From Takakia lepidozioides (lineage: Eukaryota > Plantae > Bryophyta), in NCBI GenBank assembly GCA_030704615.1, contig CM060731.1, forward strand, positions 93,930,001 through 93,994,000: 64,000 bases of DNA. Direction: 5' to 3'. The number at the start of each line of letters is the position of its first letter. Within the stretch, counting starts at the first letter, position 1. This document shows positions 51,402-64,000 of this stretch, piece by piece. The position numbers and the translations under genes are program-made. The notes beneath the pieces are model-generated. The model was not told where the DNA came from. It saw nothing but the letters and a program-made list of their open reading frames with translations, and did not search any database.

Positions 51402-51901
51402 NNNNNNNNNNNNNNNNNNNNNNNNNNNNNNNNNNNNNNNNNNNNNNNNNNNNNNNNNNNNNNNNNNNNNNNNNNNNNNNNNNNNNNNNNNNNNNNNNNN
51501 NNNNNNNNNNNNNNNNNNNNNNNNNNNNNNNNNNNNNNNNNNNNNNNNNNNNNNNNNNNNNNNNNNNNNNNNNNNNNNNNNNNNNNNNNNNNNNNNNNNN
51601 NNNNNNNNNNNNNNNNNNNNNNNNNNNNNNNNNNNNNNNNNNNNNNNNNNNNNNNNNNNNNNNNNNNNNNNNNNNNNNNNNNNNNNNNNNNNNNNNNNNN
51701 NNNNNNNNNNNNNNNNNNNNNNNNNNNNNNNNNNNNNNNNNNNNNNNNNNNNNNNNNNNNNNNNNNNNNNNNNNNNNNNNNNNNNNNNNNNNNNNNNNNN
51801 NNNNNNNNNNNNNNNNNNNNNNNNNNNNNNNNNNNNNNNNNNNNNNNNNNNNNNNNNNNNNNNNNNNNNNNNNNNNNNNNNNNNNNNNNNNNNNNNNNNN
51901 N
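51402..51901. other. Assembly gap (500 N)
   Basis: Run of N. Confidence 1.
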
Positions 51902-52149
51902 GAATTACCTGTCGTGAGGGGACCTATAGCCGTGGAATTCGGCACCATTTTTCGCCAGAAAGACCTATTGCCGCGAAATACGTCGCCGTTTTTTCAGGTT
52001 ACGGACCCTATTACCGCGAAATTCGGCGCCATATTTGCACATGTCGCTGGGAATTGGCATGAGCGGAAGACAAAATTTCATGAGCACAACTGTCAAAAGT
52101 GCAATTTTTCCTTCAAGGGGCCGAATAATATATTTGTTTTTCCTGACAC

Positions 52150-52320
52150 TTCATGCCGCTCATGCCGCTCATGCTCATGAAATAGCAAACCTCACAATTC
52201 TCAGTAGAATGGTTATCCATTTTACAGATAGTACAATGTTTCTCCTTCATGTGGCATTCAGCCGTGGTATGGCCTTCATTCTGGCATTTTGCACACCAAA
52301 CACCCTTCCTCCAATGTGTT
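52150..52320 (-). pseudogene. Gag-like double CCHC zinc-knuckle fragment
   Basis: CAKCQNEGHTTAEC..CTICKMDNHSTENC. Confidence 0.65.
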
Positions 52321-52379
52321 GCAGCCTCATCCAAGAGCGCCAAAGTTCATCCGCAGCCTCATGATCATCTGTTGACCTT

Positions 52380-52720
52380 CATGGTCGCTCATGGCACCAT
52401 GGTTCCCAATAGGATCAAAACGTTCCCAATGGGTTCCCAAAATCAGGAATATTCCTAAAATATTCCATTCATGGCTCATGCCACCATGGTTCCCTATATG
52501 TTCCCAAATATTCCCAATGGGTTCCCAGAAATTAGGAATAAATTCCTCTCATGGCTCATGGCACCATGGTTCCCCATGGTTCCACACGGGTTCCCGCTCA
52601 TGGTCGGCTTTCCCACCTTGCGTTCCCACTCATGGTCTCTCATGGTTCCCGGGCCATGACCTTATCGGTATGGTCGCAGAGTCATGGCGGCTCATGGTCG
52701 CTTCCTCATGGCTTCATTGG
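52380..52720. repeat. Degenerate tandem repeats (CATGGCTCATG/CCATGGTTCCC units)
   Basis: Repeated catggctcatggcaccatggttccc words. Confidence 0.75.
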
Positions 52721-53009
52721 CAGTTTAGCCATTTCTCCCATGGGTTTAGCCACACCAAGTTAGGGATTGTATCTCTTTAAACCCCAGGCTTCATTGCAAC
52801 GAGCTATGGCGGCTATGAAGGAGAGAAGACTCCGGCGGAAGCCGGCGTAACTAAGAGCCACTTCGCCTCATGGCTATTGCTCTCTTTCGGGGGTGGGCCC
52901 TATAAAGAAAACAGGTGTCCAGGGGACACCGGATAACCAGGGTTAGTGGTATCAAGGATAGCGGACCTAGAATACCCTAGGGTACCCTGGGGTACCGAAG
53001 AGGGATTGG

Positions 53010-53375
53010 ACTCGAGTTGCCGCTTATTGGTAATGATAGTTGTTAGGGAGTGAAGCGCGGTGAGGTGAATAGCTTTAAAGCATTTGTGGATCCGGGGAAT
53101 AGGGATTTTAAGATTATCGTGCAATGCGTTTATACTGGCGTTATGGATACCACCTCTAGTTCCGGTTGTGATGACTGATAAGGGTCCGGTGTGCCAACCA
53201 CGCTGGCAGATAGCGAGGATGAGGGGGACATATTTTTGTTGTTTCTCTAAGGTGGAGGAGGCTGGGTATCGGTCATGACAGTATGTGAATTCAACGAAGT
53301 GAATGGTGAGTTCCGGGGAGGGGGAAGTGGGTAGGGGGGCATTGATGGGTAAGCCTTGGACAGGTATGATCCCGG
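53010..53375 (-). mobile_element. C-terminal restriction-like endonuclease (RLE) fragment of a non-LTR retrotransposon
   Basis: IHFVEFTYCHD..EKQQKYVPLI..RGW..VITTGTRGGIH fits the ExT..K..KY..L..GxxG pattern of RLE-type non-LTR elements. Confidence 0.65.
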
Positions 53376-53490
53376 TTATCAGCGTCACGTCCGTCCGTCA
53401 GCGTCAGGTCACGTCAGACCTAACGCTGACGGGACCTCCGTCACGTCAAGTTCGGGGAATATTCTAGTAAAAATAGTACAAGGTAAAATA

Positions 53491-54143
53491 CAGTGTTGGA
53501 CTGGTATGTCCATTTTTTAATACCAGGCTGGTCCTCGTATGAAGGGTCTCACCCCTTTGTCATACCAGGCTGGTATAGGTATCTATACAGGTATGAGCAA
53601 CTTGGGTATGAATCTGGTATGAGTAGTTATACTTTGGGCTGTATATGAGTATGGTACTGGTATTGCCCTTTCTCTGTAGGATACTGGGGGGGTATGACCA
53701 CTGGTATGGTATTTCTACAGCTCACCATACATAGAAATAAATGTCATTTAGCACATAGCTAATTTTAATCCAAGCCCTGAAACACTAGGCAAAGATAACC
53801 CAAAGTAGCACGAAACAACAAATGAAGTCTAAATTGCAACATGGAGCCTTGAATTAACCAAATTGTAGTACAGGGTATAACTAGCTGCACTAACATATAC
53901 TCATCATACCTACCTCCATTCGCCATGAACTCACCGCACTACTGGTATCGGGACCATGCTATTCCTCCATATACCCAGACTGGTATGGTATGTGTGCGGG
54001 GAATCCTAAAGACATACTCCCCCCAGTACGTGTATCACATGGGTACACTGGTTCTTTCATACCCGACTGGTATGTTCTTCAATATATAAATTCATACATG
54101 TATTCCATACCTAGGTTAAACTAGGTATACCAGTCCAACACTG
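53491..54143. mobile_element. hAT-type MITE
   Basis: 17-bp TIR CAGTGTTGGACTGGTAT, perfect 8-bp TSD GTAAAATA, internal GGTAT/ATACC repeats. Confidence 0.95.
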
Positions 54144-54224
54144 GTAAAATACTGCCACCTTAAGCAGCCACGTTGCCGACACGGTGGCGGTGACAAATTT
54201 ATTTTGAAAATTAACAAAATAAAC

Positions 54225-54990
54225 GCGACCGCCAATTCTGGCGGTCGCTTTAATTTTCCAAAATAAAATAAAAATAACGACCGCCGTATTGCCGGTCGCT
54301 TCAATTTTATTTTTTTTAAAAACAAGATTGGCGGTCGCATTGGTGGTCGTCTAATTTAATAAAGAAAACAAGCGACTGCTGTATTGGCAGTCGCACAATT
54401 TTGCAAATATATACAAAACAAGCGACCGCCATATGGCGGTCGGTTAATTTCAAAATTATATAAAACAACAAGCGACGTATGAAAATAAAAGTGACCGCCA
54501 CACCGGTGGTCGCTTATTTTAAAATAAAATAATATTTGCGACCGCAAAACTGGCGGTCGCATAAATTTAAAAATATATAAAATAAAAGCGACCGCCAGAC
54601 TGGCGGTCGCTTAAACTTGAAAATATAAAGATTAAAAGCGACCGCCGTACTGGCGGTCTTTTTAAAAATATTAAGAATATAAGCGATCACTGTACTGGCG
54701 GTCGCGTTTTTTTTTAAATATTAAGAATAAAAGCGACCACCATATTGGCGGTCGATTTATTTTAAATATATAAACAAATGAAGCGACCGCCATACCGGCG
54801 GTCGCAATATATTTTGAATAAAAAACAATAGCGACCACTATACGGGCGGTCGCTTAAATTTAAAATTATACAAAATAGAAGTGACCGCAATATTGCACAA
54901 AATGAAATAAAATAAAAGTGTCCGCAATAGTGGCGGTCACTTGTGTTTCATAAAAAATAGAAATAGCGACCGCAGTATTAGCGATCGCTT
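54225..54990. repeat. Array of about 15 short hairpins GCGACCGC(N5-8)GCGGTCGC with AT-rich spacers, ~50-bp period
   Basis: Copies at about 54225, 54278, 54372, 54422, 54491, 54538, 54588, 54638, 54683, 54733, 54783, 54831, 54918 and 54966. Confidence 0.9.
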
Positions 54991-55619
54991 AATTTTAAAA
55001 TTATAACAAATATGGTTGTACCGCTTTTTTCGGGTGGGCGCTATTGGTTCATCATTTGTTGCTTTGGATGTTCTCTTCCATTGAACGAGAGTGTAGCCCA
55101 AAAAGAGGGTGCGCACCTTTTGCCGTTGTGGCTTCCACCAAAGCCACTTCAGCAAATTGTGTATAAGCTCAACACTACAACCCGCATCGACCCACTTGGT
55201 TGGTGACAGGTGTAGAAGTGTTGGGCTATCGCATTGCACTCTACATTCACAATAGTTCATTTATAGGCGACTGTTTTTTGTTACTTACATCGCTAAGGCC
55301 CAGGGGAGTGGATATTGGGTGAAGATGAGGGAGGAATGGAGCCCTTGGTATACGGTAATCCCGAACACTGTCAATGCCACTGACAGTGTTGAGTGCAACA
55401 TATGTGGACTGAAGCTTTCTTATCGTAAGGATTAGCTGCTCGCTCACCTCGGCTATAGAGGTGTGAAGAGCGCCGGGGTGGGTTATGCCCTAAAGCATCT
55501 ATGCGGGTAAAAAACCATTTTGCCCAGTGTGGAGGCAATATTCCAATGTCTCTGGATCTGAACATGACCTCTGAGCAAAACACTTCATCTTCCCGTCAGG
55601 ATGCCCCGATTAGTCATAA

Positions 55620-56700
55620 GAGCTGGTATGGTGGCATCACTCACCAAACCCTCACTATCCTCATCTTTAAAAAACTGATTGATGAAAATATTGAAGAGCA
55701 GTCGGACCTTGTTCTACACCTTGATCAATATCAAAGAAGTTAGACTTCTGACCATTGACCATATCACAACTTTTGGTGTTCGCATACAGGTTGTGGACCA
55801 TCCTCCACATCTTTCTCCCTGAGACCGAAGCAGATTCACAGCCCGTCACGCCATACTGTGTCATAAGCTTTTTTGACATCCAGGAAGAAGACAATAGTGG
55901 GCTTTCCTTTTTTTTCCCTTCTCTCAATGATCTGGCTTAGAGTGAATATATGATCAGTGCATCCCCTATATCTCCGAAAGTCAGCCTGACCTTCATGAAA
56001 ACCACCACTAGACTCCAGATCAACCTCGAGACGGATGATCCTACATAATAGCTTGCCAACTGCACTAAGAAACGTGATACTGCGATAGTTGTTAGGCTCT
56101 TCTCTGCGCCTTTCTTATACAGGTTGACAATGCCTCCCTGTCTCCAACGAAAGGGGATCACTTCAGTCTTCTAAATAAGGTTAAAGGGAAGGCTTAGAGT
56201 GAATATATTGTCAGTGCATCCCCTATATCTCCGAAGGCCAACCTAGCCTCCATAAAAACCACCTCTAAACTCCAGATCAACCTCGAGACGGATGATCCTA
56301 CAGAATAGCTTGCCAACTGCACTAAGAAGCGTAATACTGCAATAGTTGCTTGGCTCTTCTCTGTCGCCTTTCTTATACAGGTTGACAATGACTCCTTGTC
56401 TCCAACGGCAGGGGATCGCTTTAGTCTGCCAAATAAGGTTAAAGGGAAGGGCAAGGGCCTAAACCACAAGGTCACCACCATACTTAATTAGCTCATTGCC
56501 AATGCCATCAAGTCCCACTGCTTTATAGCCACTCAGATGCTTTACAGCTTCCACGACCTCAGAAAAATTACTGGTTGCGTTGTAACCCATTGAGATACCT
56601 CCAGTTCATCAGGGCTGTCTTGGAATATAGGAACAGTTGTTTCTGCTGTGTCCTTCCATTGTTTAGAAGGCCCCTCATTATTACAGTTAGATTCATGGCC
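55620..56700 (-). mobile_element. LINE reverse transcriptase remnant with a ~257-bp tandem duplication
   Basis: WRQGGIVNLYKKG..YRSITFLSAVGKL..HEGQADFR..CTDHIFTL..FLDVKKAYDTVWRDGL..DQGVEQG; 55935-56190 repeats as 56192-56450. Confidence 0.85.
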
Positions 56701-56918
56701 AACATGGTTGTGGTGTGTTTCAAAGGTTTGGACAATGTCAACCATTGAGGTCACCACTGCACCCTTATTATTCCTTTAAAGCCTGAACTTGTTGGCCGTC
56801 TTTCGGCTTGTACAATCACTGTAAGGCCAACCAGAATCTTTTATCATTACCACCAATGGTGGTTCAAGTTGATGTCTCGGTATAACTTTTTCCAATAAAA
56901 TTTCCTCTCAGCCCTTAC

Positions 56919-57001
<83 letters not shown>
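56919..57001. repeat. (AG)n microsatellite
   Basis: About 40 AG units. Confidence 0.98.
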
Positions 57002-57004
<3 letters not shown>

Positions 57005-57845
57005 CAACGCTTTGGGAGATCTCAACGCTACAAAACAAACAGACAAACAGACTACCTTGCTTCATATATTGCAGTAGGGCCTGGCTCTGGTGCTTGGTAC
57101 CGTTGGAAAGCCCTTGATGAGGAGGGGTGCACCGGCTTGGTCTCATGAATTTTGGACCTGCGGTGCGGGAGATATGGAATTTCAAGTACTTTTGGTGGTC
57201 GGAAATTCGTGAAAAATAGCAAAGTGGGCTTTCCTAGAGCAATGATTGGATATAGTTTCTGAACAAATTCATGGAGAAAAATAAATTGATTTTCTCTGGA
57301 ATATAAAATGACTGTATAATATGTGCTCAACGATACACTATGAATGTTCACAAACTATGTAGTCCAAGAACTTAGGTATGTGCCCCATAAGATCTACCCA
57401 AGAATTCCATAGAAACACATCAATATGTGAAGCGAGGTACAAAAAATCGTGTTTTTGATTGAAGACTGAGGTAATGTTTTATTCAATAACACGTTTTTAA
57501 TCTATTGAGACTAGGTTTTTGAGTCTCATCCAGGGCTCAGAATTTTCAGCTTTCACCCATTTCCACGCCATGTTTGAGACGTGTCAGAGCCGGACACATG
57601 TGCTAACCTTTGGGACAATAAGGCAACAAGTGAACGATGTGAGCTCAGACCCATCACTCACCCTCTCTCACTACACTAGTTCATGTCAGTCACCTCATGT
57701 GTAAGCCTGACACTTCATCTGATACAGTTTTCTTTCTTAATCTTTCCGCCATGAGCCTGCTACCTACTGAATCAACATTGAGAGACTCCACAATACCCAA
57801 CAATGCATTCAATCTCTTCAAGCCACCTTGAAGACAAGTTCTGAA

Positions 57846-58866
57846 TTTTTTTCTTGCGACGCCCTGGCGTCAGAAATCCAATATATATATATATATATTA
57901 GACGTTGCGACGCCTCGGCGTTGCAAAAGCGTCACTAAGGGCGCCCCAACGCCTCTGCGACGCCAAGGCGTCGCAACAGCATCACCACAGTGGGAGTTTG
58001 TTTTTTTTTTTTTTTTGGGCTTTACGGCTCTCAACTTCACAAAAGCGTCGCTGGGGGCGCCCCACGCTGGGACGCCCAACGTTGCGACGTCAGGGGGTCG
58101 CATCGGCGTCGCCACAGGGGGTCGCAATGGTGTTGTGGTCAGCTTAGGTCCACACAATGACGTCGCTTGGGGAACCTGACAGTGGCGGGGTACAACAACG
58201 GCGATGATGCTGGAGTTGGGGTTGGGGTTGGGGCTGGGCACTAAGGCTGTGGAGGTTGCAACTCCCCGGCGTCACAAGAGAGACCCCCTTAGAAGGAACT
58301 TGAAGGAACTTGAAGGAACTCTTTATATGTATATATATATATATATATAATTACTTTTGTGATACATAGATGTAGCGTAGGTGTGTTGGTTAGTTTGTAG
58401 TGCCTTAGAAATGTTATAACGTGGAGGTCTTAGGTTCAAGTATGTGTTGCATGATATATGTAGAACAATGAACATATCGCCATTAGACAGAACCGGAGTC
58501 AATGGTTAACAAATTTTTGAAATTCAAATTTTCCCGCCTAAATTCAAATGTACCCCCTTAAATTGTGACGTCCGGGCGTCGCACTTTGCGACCCCCGGAC
58601 GGTGCTAATTCTGCATTGCAAAATATTTTTTTATTTTTTTATTTTTTTTCCCCTGACGCCCGGGCGTCGCAAATCGCGGTTTCGCATATTTGCGACCCCC
58701 ATTGGTCGCAAATTTGCGATATTTTTTTGGCGACGGGCTTGCGACGCCCGGACGTCGCAAATTTGGTTTTTTTTCCCGCCCGAAATTTGGTTGTTTTACG
58801 ACGCCGCAGCCACGCTGCGGCGTCGAAACCCCCCCCCCCCCCCCCCCCCCCCCTTTTCCTGTAGTG
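57846..58866. mobile_element. Non-autonomous CACTA-like element, left terminus missing
   Basis: Right end CCTGTAGTG (reverse complement CACTACAGG), many GCGACGCC/GGCGTCGC subterminal motifs, GAA at both flanks. Confidence 0.6.
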
Positions 58867-58993
58867 GAAATTAAATCCTTGCTCACAATAAGAGACCTCC
58901 AAATCAAGTGCTCTTGAAAAGCTGATGCAGAAGAAGACGAGCTGAGTTGGAGTGTGGCTCTCATCATGTTGCTCTCTCTCATCTCAGTCCATT

Positions 58994-61900
58994 CACTACA
59001 ACAGATTGCGGCTTTTACGACTCTGTGTTATGACTGCAAATGCAGTTATGAAAGCCATTTACGACTTCATGACTCTACAGTCGTAAAACCCTAGTCAGTT
59101 GTGGCATGGCAGATATGACTCGCCAACCTGGCTGTGACGTGGCGCCTGTGTAGCTGTGGGGGTAGTCATACACGCTAGCTTTACTGAATGACTGAACGGG
59201 TCCATGCCATCTACCCATGACCATCTACCCATGCAGGTTTCTTGCAGCTATCCTTCCACAGGGAATCATTGGTAATCTGGAGCTTGAAATCCGGCTTTCT
59301 TGGATGATCTGGACCCACACTCTATCCCTGCTCCTTCAGCTATCCATGCCTCTGCACAGATCATGCATATATCCTTGCATTGCTGTTAGCAGCTGACAAT
59401 GACAACCTACATTTGTTCCAGCAAACACCCAACTCAACTTACCACACTAGTTCTTATTCTCAATTGCATCTGCTATTCTCTGTAATCCAACAGGCATTTA
59501 CCTTTTTGCCTCAGTTGTCCCACCATTGACTGGGGTCAGAAAAGTATTCATTCCACAGCTTCCCCTCATCTCCGTTAACTGTTTTTCGATACTTTCCTGT
59601 TGTCACATTGGCAATATCATGTCAAAGTCACTCCAAACTAGATTCACTCAACCAGCTAACTTGCAGACATTGAAATTTAGGGCCGGTTCTGATAAGAGGG
59701 AAAAACAGGGTGAAATTTGTTGAAGAAGGTGCCTTTATTAGCAGTGCTTGATTTTATCAATTGTGCCGCTACTCCTGCGGCTTCCAGTTCACCATCTACC
59801 CATGCAGGTTCTTATAGCTAAATCCACAGGTAATCATAGGTAATCATGTGCTTGAAATCTGGCCCTCTTGGATGAATCTGGACCCATACTCTATCCCTGC
59901 TCTTTCAGCTATCAGTGCTTCTGCACAAATCATGCATACTTCTTTGCCTTGCAGCTGATAATGACAGCCTAGATTTGTTCTAGGAAACACCCAACTCAGC
60001 TTATCACACTAGTTCCTATGCTGAATTGCGTCTGCCCTCTATAATCTAACAGACATTAACCTTTTTCCCTCGGTTGTCCACCATTCCACAACTTCTCCTC
60101 GTCTCTGTGACCTGTTTCTGGATACTTTCCTATTGTCACATTGGCATCATGTCAAAGTTCAGATCGACATCTAGTACAATTCCAGCTTGGACGATGTTAC
60201 CACGAACCTCTTTGTTATTTTGCAGGGCTGCCAGGCTTGCACACATGTTGCAAATGTAACAAACGCGATGTGGTTGCGCTGCAGTATCCCTTCCCACACC
60301 ACTTGCTCATAGACCTCTCCAAAGGGCCTCCATCCCGCGCCACTGTTGTGCATATCCTGGGATCATCATCCTCCATGCACCCCAATTTGGCATACAAGTC
60401 CACAAGGGCATAGTTCAGAACAACATTTGTTTAATTCCAGCTTGGACGATGTCATCACAAACCCCGTCTTCACTCATTGCCTACTCTAGTTAAGTGCAAT
60501 TATGGGCTAGGCTGGTACCACATCTCATTCAGCCATATTATCAAAACAGCCATGTATCCTTATAGTTGCACCCTGCAACCTTGGCATACATGTCCACTAT
60601 GGCAACGTTCAGAATCACATCAGATACAATACCAGCTTTGACAATATCACCGTGGACCTCTGTACCCTTTTTCAGGGCTGCCAGGCGTGCATTTGACATA
60701 CATATCCACCAAGGCAGTGTTTTAGAGTGACATCTAGTGGTACAATTCCATATTTGATAATGGACCTTTGCGTCCTTTCCAGGGCTACCAGGCTCGCATT
60801 TGACATACATGTACACCAGGGGAATGTTCAGAATGACATCAGGTACAATTCCAGCTTTGATGATGTCACCATGAACCTCTTGGCCCCTTCCCAGGGCTGC
60901 TAGGCTCGCATATGCATATTAACAAACACAAATGAACATGACCTGGTTTGGCTTCATCCTTTCCCACATCATTTGTTCTTAGGTTTCCAAAGCCTTACTC
61001 CCACACCTATGCTACACACACCTTACAATCATGGCAGTCCACAACACCACATCTCATTTAGCCATGTTGTCGAACTCTCCCTTTGCATCAGGCTTGCTGC
61101 ACCCACATTTGGCATAAATATCCACTAGGGCAGTGGTCAGAATGACAACTAGTACAATTTCAGCTTTGACGATGGCACATGGCCAAGAGATATCCCAATA
61201 TCCGCTACCAATGGGTTCAATGCATACTCTTGTCACATTGGCAGTATCATGTCAAAGTCACTCCAATTAGATTCACTCAACCAGCTAACTTGCAGAATTG
61301 AACATGAAAATTTAGGGCCGATTCTGATAAGAAGGGAAAATAGGGTGAAATGTGTTTCAGAAAGTGCCTTCATTAGCAGTGCTTGATTGTATCAATTGTG
61401 CTGCTGCTGCTGCGGCTTCCAGAAGAAGAAGGTGCCCTCACCACATTGTCCTCGACCTTGTGTCATGACCCATGGAGGATTTGACTGACCATGAACCCAA
61501 GAGGACCTCTTCAGTGTGCTGCTTGTTTCTGTAGTCAGGTAATGTCGGATTGGTCTATGAGAACCACCACGGTGCAGCTGAGCGGGTAGAGATTGAAACA
61601 CGGCCTGCTAAGACCAAGCTGACTCTCCCAAGAACGACGAGCTCCCAGCCAAAAACTCCTCGCACACATACCCTAACGTTTCTAGGGTTGCTTGCTTCAG
61701 ATGCGAAGGTTGCTCCAACTGCGGCCTCCCATGCATGTTTGCCTTCCCTCCTGCTCGCTCGCTCTAAGTCCCAGCCCTCTCTCTCTATCTCCCTCCCTCC
61801 CGCTCACTCTAATTCTATTCACGGCTACCGTGATGGGCAACTTTTTAAGTTTTTAAACCTTCTTGCAAACCCTATAAGCAATTTTTTGAATTTTTTTTTT

Positions 61901-62551
61901 AAATTTTAAAAGAAGCCTCAGGCCCTTGAGGAGGGGGAAAAATTAACCCCCTTTCATTTGGGCCATGAGACCTACAGGACGATCAACGCCCAAACATATC
62001 GTCACGAACAATCCCACACACGGGGTAGGGCAGCGGGTTTGAACCCCGAACCACCGGGGCGACACACTGTGCACCTCCAGCCGATGTGCTTTTCTCAAAT
62101 CTTTTGCACTTTGATTTAAAAAATAATAATTCATTCTAGTGGTTAGAGACTCCGACATTTTTTCAAAATATAAATATTGATATATTATATATATAACCAG
62201 AAAAGCATGTGTCGACACGTGCAGTCATGTAGTGATTCATCCATGTGATGATATGGCAGAATGCATTAGAGTGAGAGTCATAAAGTCATATGTCCGTCTA
62301 GCAATTTGTACACGTCATTCCAGTGTAGGTATGACCGTGACTGGTAGTCATATCTGTCATGCCAATATTCGTGGTCAAACATGTTTGACCTGTGTTGCGC
62401 AGAGTCCGGAGTCATGCAATCGCATATACGCCTTCCCCGGACCTGCGTTATGACTTCAAAAGGCATCTACGACTTCAAATGGCATTTCTGCCACAAATAT
62501 GTCATGACTGCGCAGCCATGGGAGTCCTAAAAGCCGCAATCTGTTGTAGTG
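58994..62551. mobile_element. Non-autonomous Pack-CACTA element, copy 2 (same family as 16261-22316)
   Basis: Same TIR CACTACAACAGATTGCGGCTTTTA, TSD ATT, shared internal blocks. Confidence 0.95.
60170..61175 (-). pseudogene. PLS-class PPR fragments (Pack-CACTA cargo)
   Basis: ARLAALKKGTEVHGDIVKAGIVSDVILNVAIVDMYAK; ILTTALVDIYAKCG; DLYAKLGCMED. Confidence 0.8.
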
Positions 62552-63479
62552 ATTCAGTGCTAAGCTCCTACTTCAGATGTACTAAGGAGATCTTGCAATT
62601 TCCAGCAGAGAGTAGAGGGATCAGTTCAAGACAAAGGCTTAAATCAGTCTCAAGTTTGTGACTCCCATTTTCCTCCCCTGCTGATTTGAAGGGGTTCCAG
62701 AGAGGAAGCATCTGGGGAACTTTCATGCTGGTGTAGTTTGTAAATCAAGAATCGATAATCTTGTCGACTAGCTGAATTCACGCTGCTGGATGTATAAATT
62801 TGACCAAAAATAATTGAGAGTGGGAGAGAGAGGGAGAGCAAGAAGATGAGACTGAGTGCTAGATCTACATGTCGTTTACTGCATTCCTTGCAGTATGAGA
62901 CAATCAAAGGATTACAAGTCCAATAATATGGAACGCATGTGTATTATATGTTACACAATCGCCAAGTTCAAATCTTTGGTACATAAAACCTCAACTAAGC
63001 AGTCTGAATTGCCCACATAATTGGGCCCCTTACTAATCTCTGCAGTATCCTAGCCAGCACAGTAATAATGAATGGTATTACACCCTTCTAGTAATCATGA
63101 AAGAGTACGTTCACCAACATGTCAGGTTACACGCAATCGTCCTCCTACAACTACAGTAAGATTGATTGGAAGTGAAGACTGGAAAGAAGAGAGACCCATC
63201 CATGGATTGGTCACTTCCTCCCTCAGTTAGAAGCTGAAGACTCCTCTGCAGCTTTAAACAAGACCTCCCACCTCGAGTGATCCTTCCGTGGGCCATCTCC
63301 CTGGAAGCCCCACACCACACACTTAGAAGGAATTGACATTGAACATCTTCTCCTGCCAAATGTGTCATGGTAGGTGCATGAACTGGAAGTATTTTTCACC
63401 GAATTGAACAAAGTTGTAGTTATTTCAATGTACCAGCCCCATTTTCAATGGGGTTCTAGAACCCAACACTGATCTTCCA

Positions 63480-63790
63480 TATCATCACCACTTGGTTTTC
63501 CAGGGTAGCAGTACGTGCGGATGCAGCAGATAACATGACCAAAGTTCAGGTGAAGATGAAGGATCAATTTGATAAAGGTAAATTGGAAACTTTTAAGACG
63601 GGTGATTTGGTTCTGTGGTTGCAGAAGAAGGGAAAGATTAAAGCTTCTAAGCTTAAGTCACCATGAAAATGATCTTATGTCATACAAAAGATGTATGATA
63701 ACAACACAGCCATGTTACAAACCATTAACAAAGAGATGCTGGGAAGAGTCAATGCCAATAAGTTGAAGGGATACAGTGGTATCCATGACA
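63480..63790 (+). mobile_element. Gypsy integrase C-terminal fragment
   Basis: QVKMKDQFDK..FKTGDLVLW..KLKSP*K*SYVI..RVNANKLKGY. Confidence 0.65.
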
Positions 63791-63917
63791 AACCATTGCA
63801 GCATGATTTGCATATTGAAACACGGAAACAATCACGGGCTGCACCGATGATACCAACGGAGCATGAAGCACTTGTCGTAAAGCCGAATGGGTATGGCCTG
63901 AGCGGAAAACACGCTGT

Positions 63918-64000
63918 TATCACAACCCATCACAGCATCACACAACCTATCACAGCCCATCACAACATCACACAACCTATCACAGCCCATCACATCATCA
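63918..64000. repeat. Tandem repeat of ATCACA-containing units, running off the right edge
   Basis: catcacacaacctatcacagcccatcaca repeated. Confidence 0.85.

Noticed and set aside
51362-52180. ORFs spanning the N run
   Set aside because: Artefacts of the assembly gap.
54225-54990. CRISPR or REP-like array
   Set aside because: Spacers are low-complexity A/T runs, loops vary, and the context is TE debris.
57600-62900. 5' exons of the UBR gene beyond the gap (non-TE pieces at 57.6-57.8, 58.87-58.99 and 62.55-62.9 kb)
   Set aside because: No UBR-box or ClpS-like motif, and the frames contain stops after removing the insertions.

Overview
Eukaryotic, intron-rich, transposon-dense plant DNA, probably from a non-seed land plant such as a bryophyte (inferred from the TE families, PLS-type PPR fragments and GT-AG introns). 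From left to right: (1) 1-~9.3 kb is a two-gene Mutator-like element. An open transposase ORF on the minus strand runs off the left edge. A divergently oriented, spliced cargo gene encodes an N-terminal ParB/Srx-like domain (VWDGNHR) and a C-terminal beta-class DNA amino-methyltransferase-like domain. Its introns hold about 20 copies of a 24-bp palindrome, and this copy is broken by two internal inversions. (2) 9.5-23.25 kb is a decayed hAT transposase, interrupted by a chromodomain Ty3/Gypsy element, itself interrupted by a Pack-CACTA element carrying PPR fragments and part of a heme-binding DOMON-type gene. (3) 23-32 kb holds MITEs, foldback elements and LINE debris. (4) 33.3-51.2 kb is the 3' part of a many-exon UBR1/PRT6-family E3 ligase gene on the minus strand, ending near a 500-N gap. 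(5) 52-64 kb is more TE debris: an RLE-type non-LTR fragment, a hAT MITE, a hairpin array, LINE RT, CACTA elements including a second Pack-CACTA copy, and a Gypsy integrase tail. The best candidate for an undescribed system is the transposon-borne ParB-methyltransferase gene with its intronic palindrome array. All family assignments are from motif recognition by eye; no searches were run.
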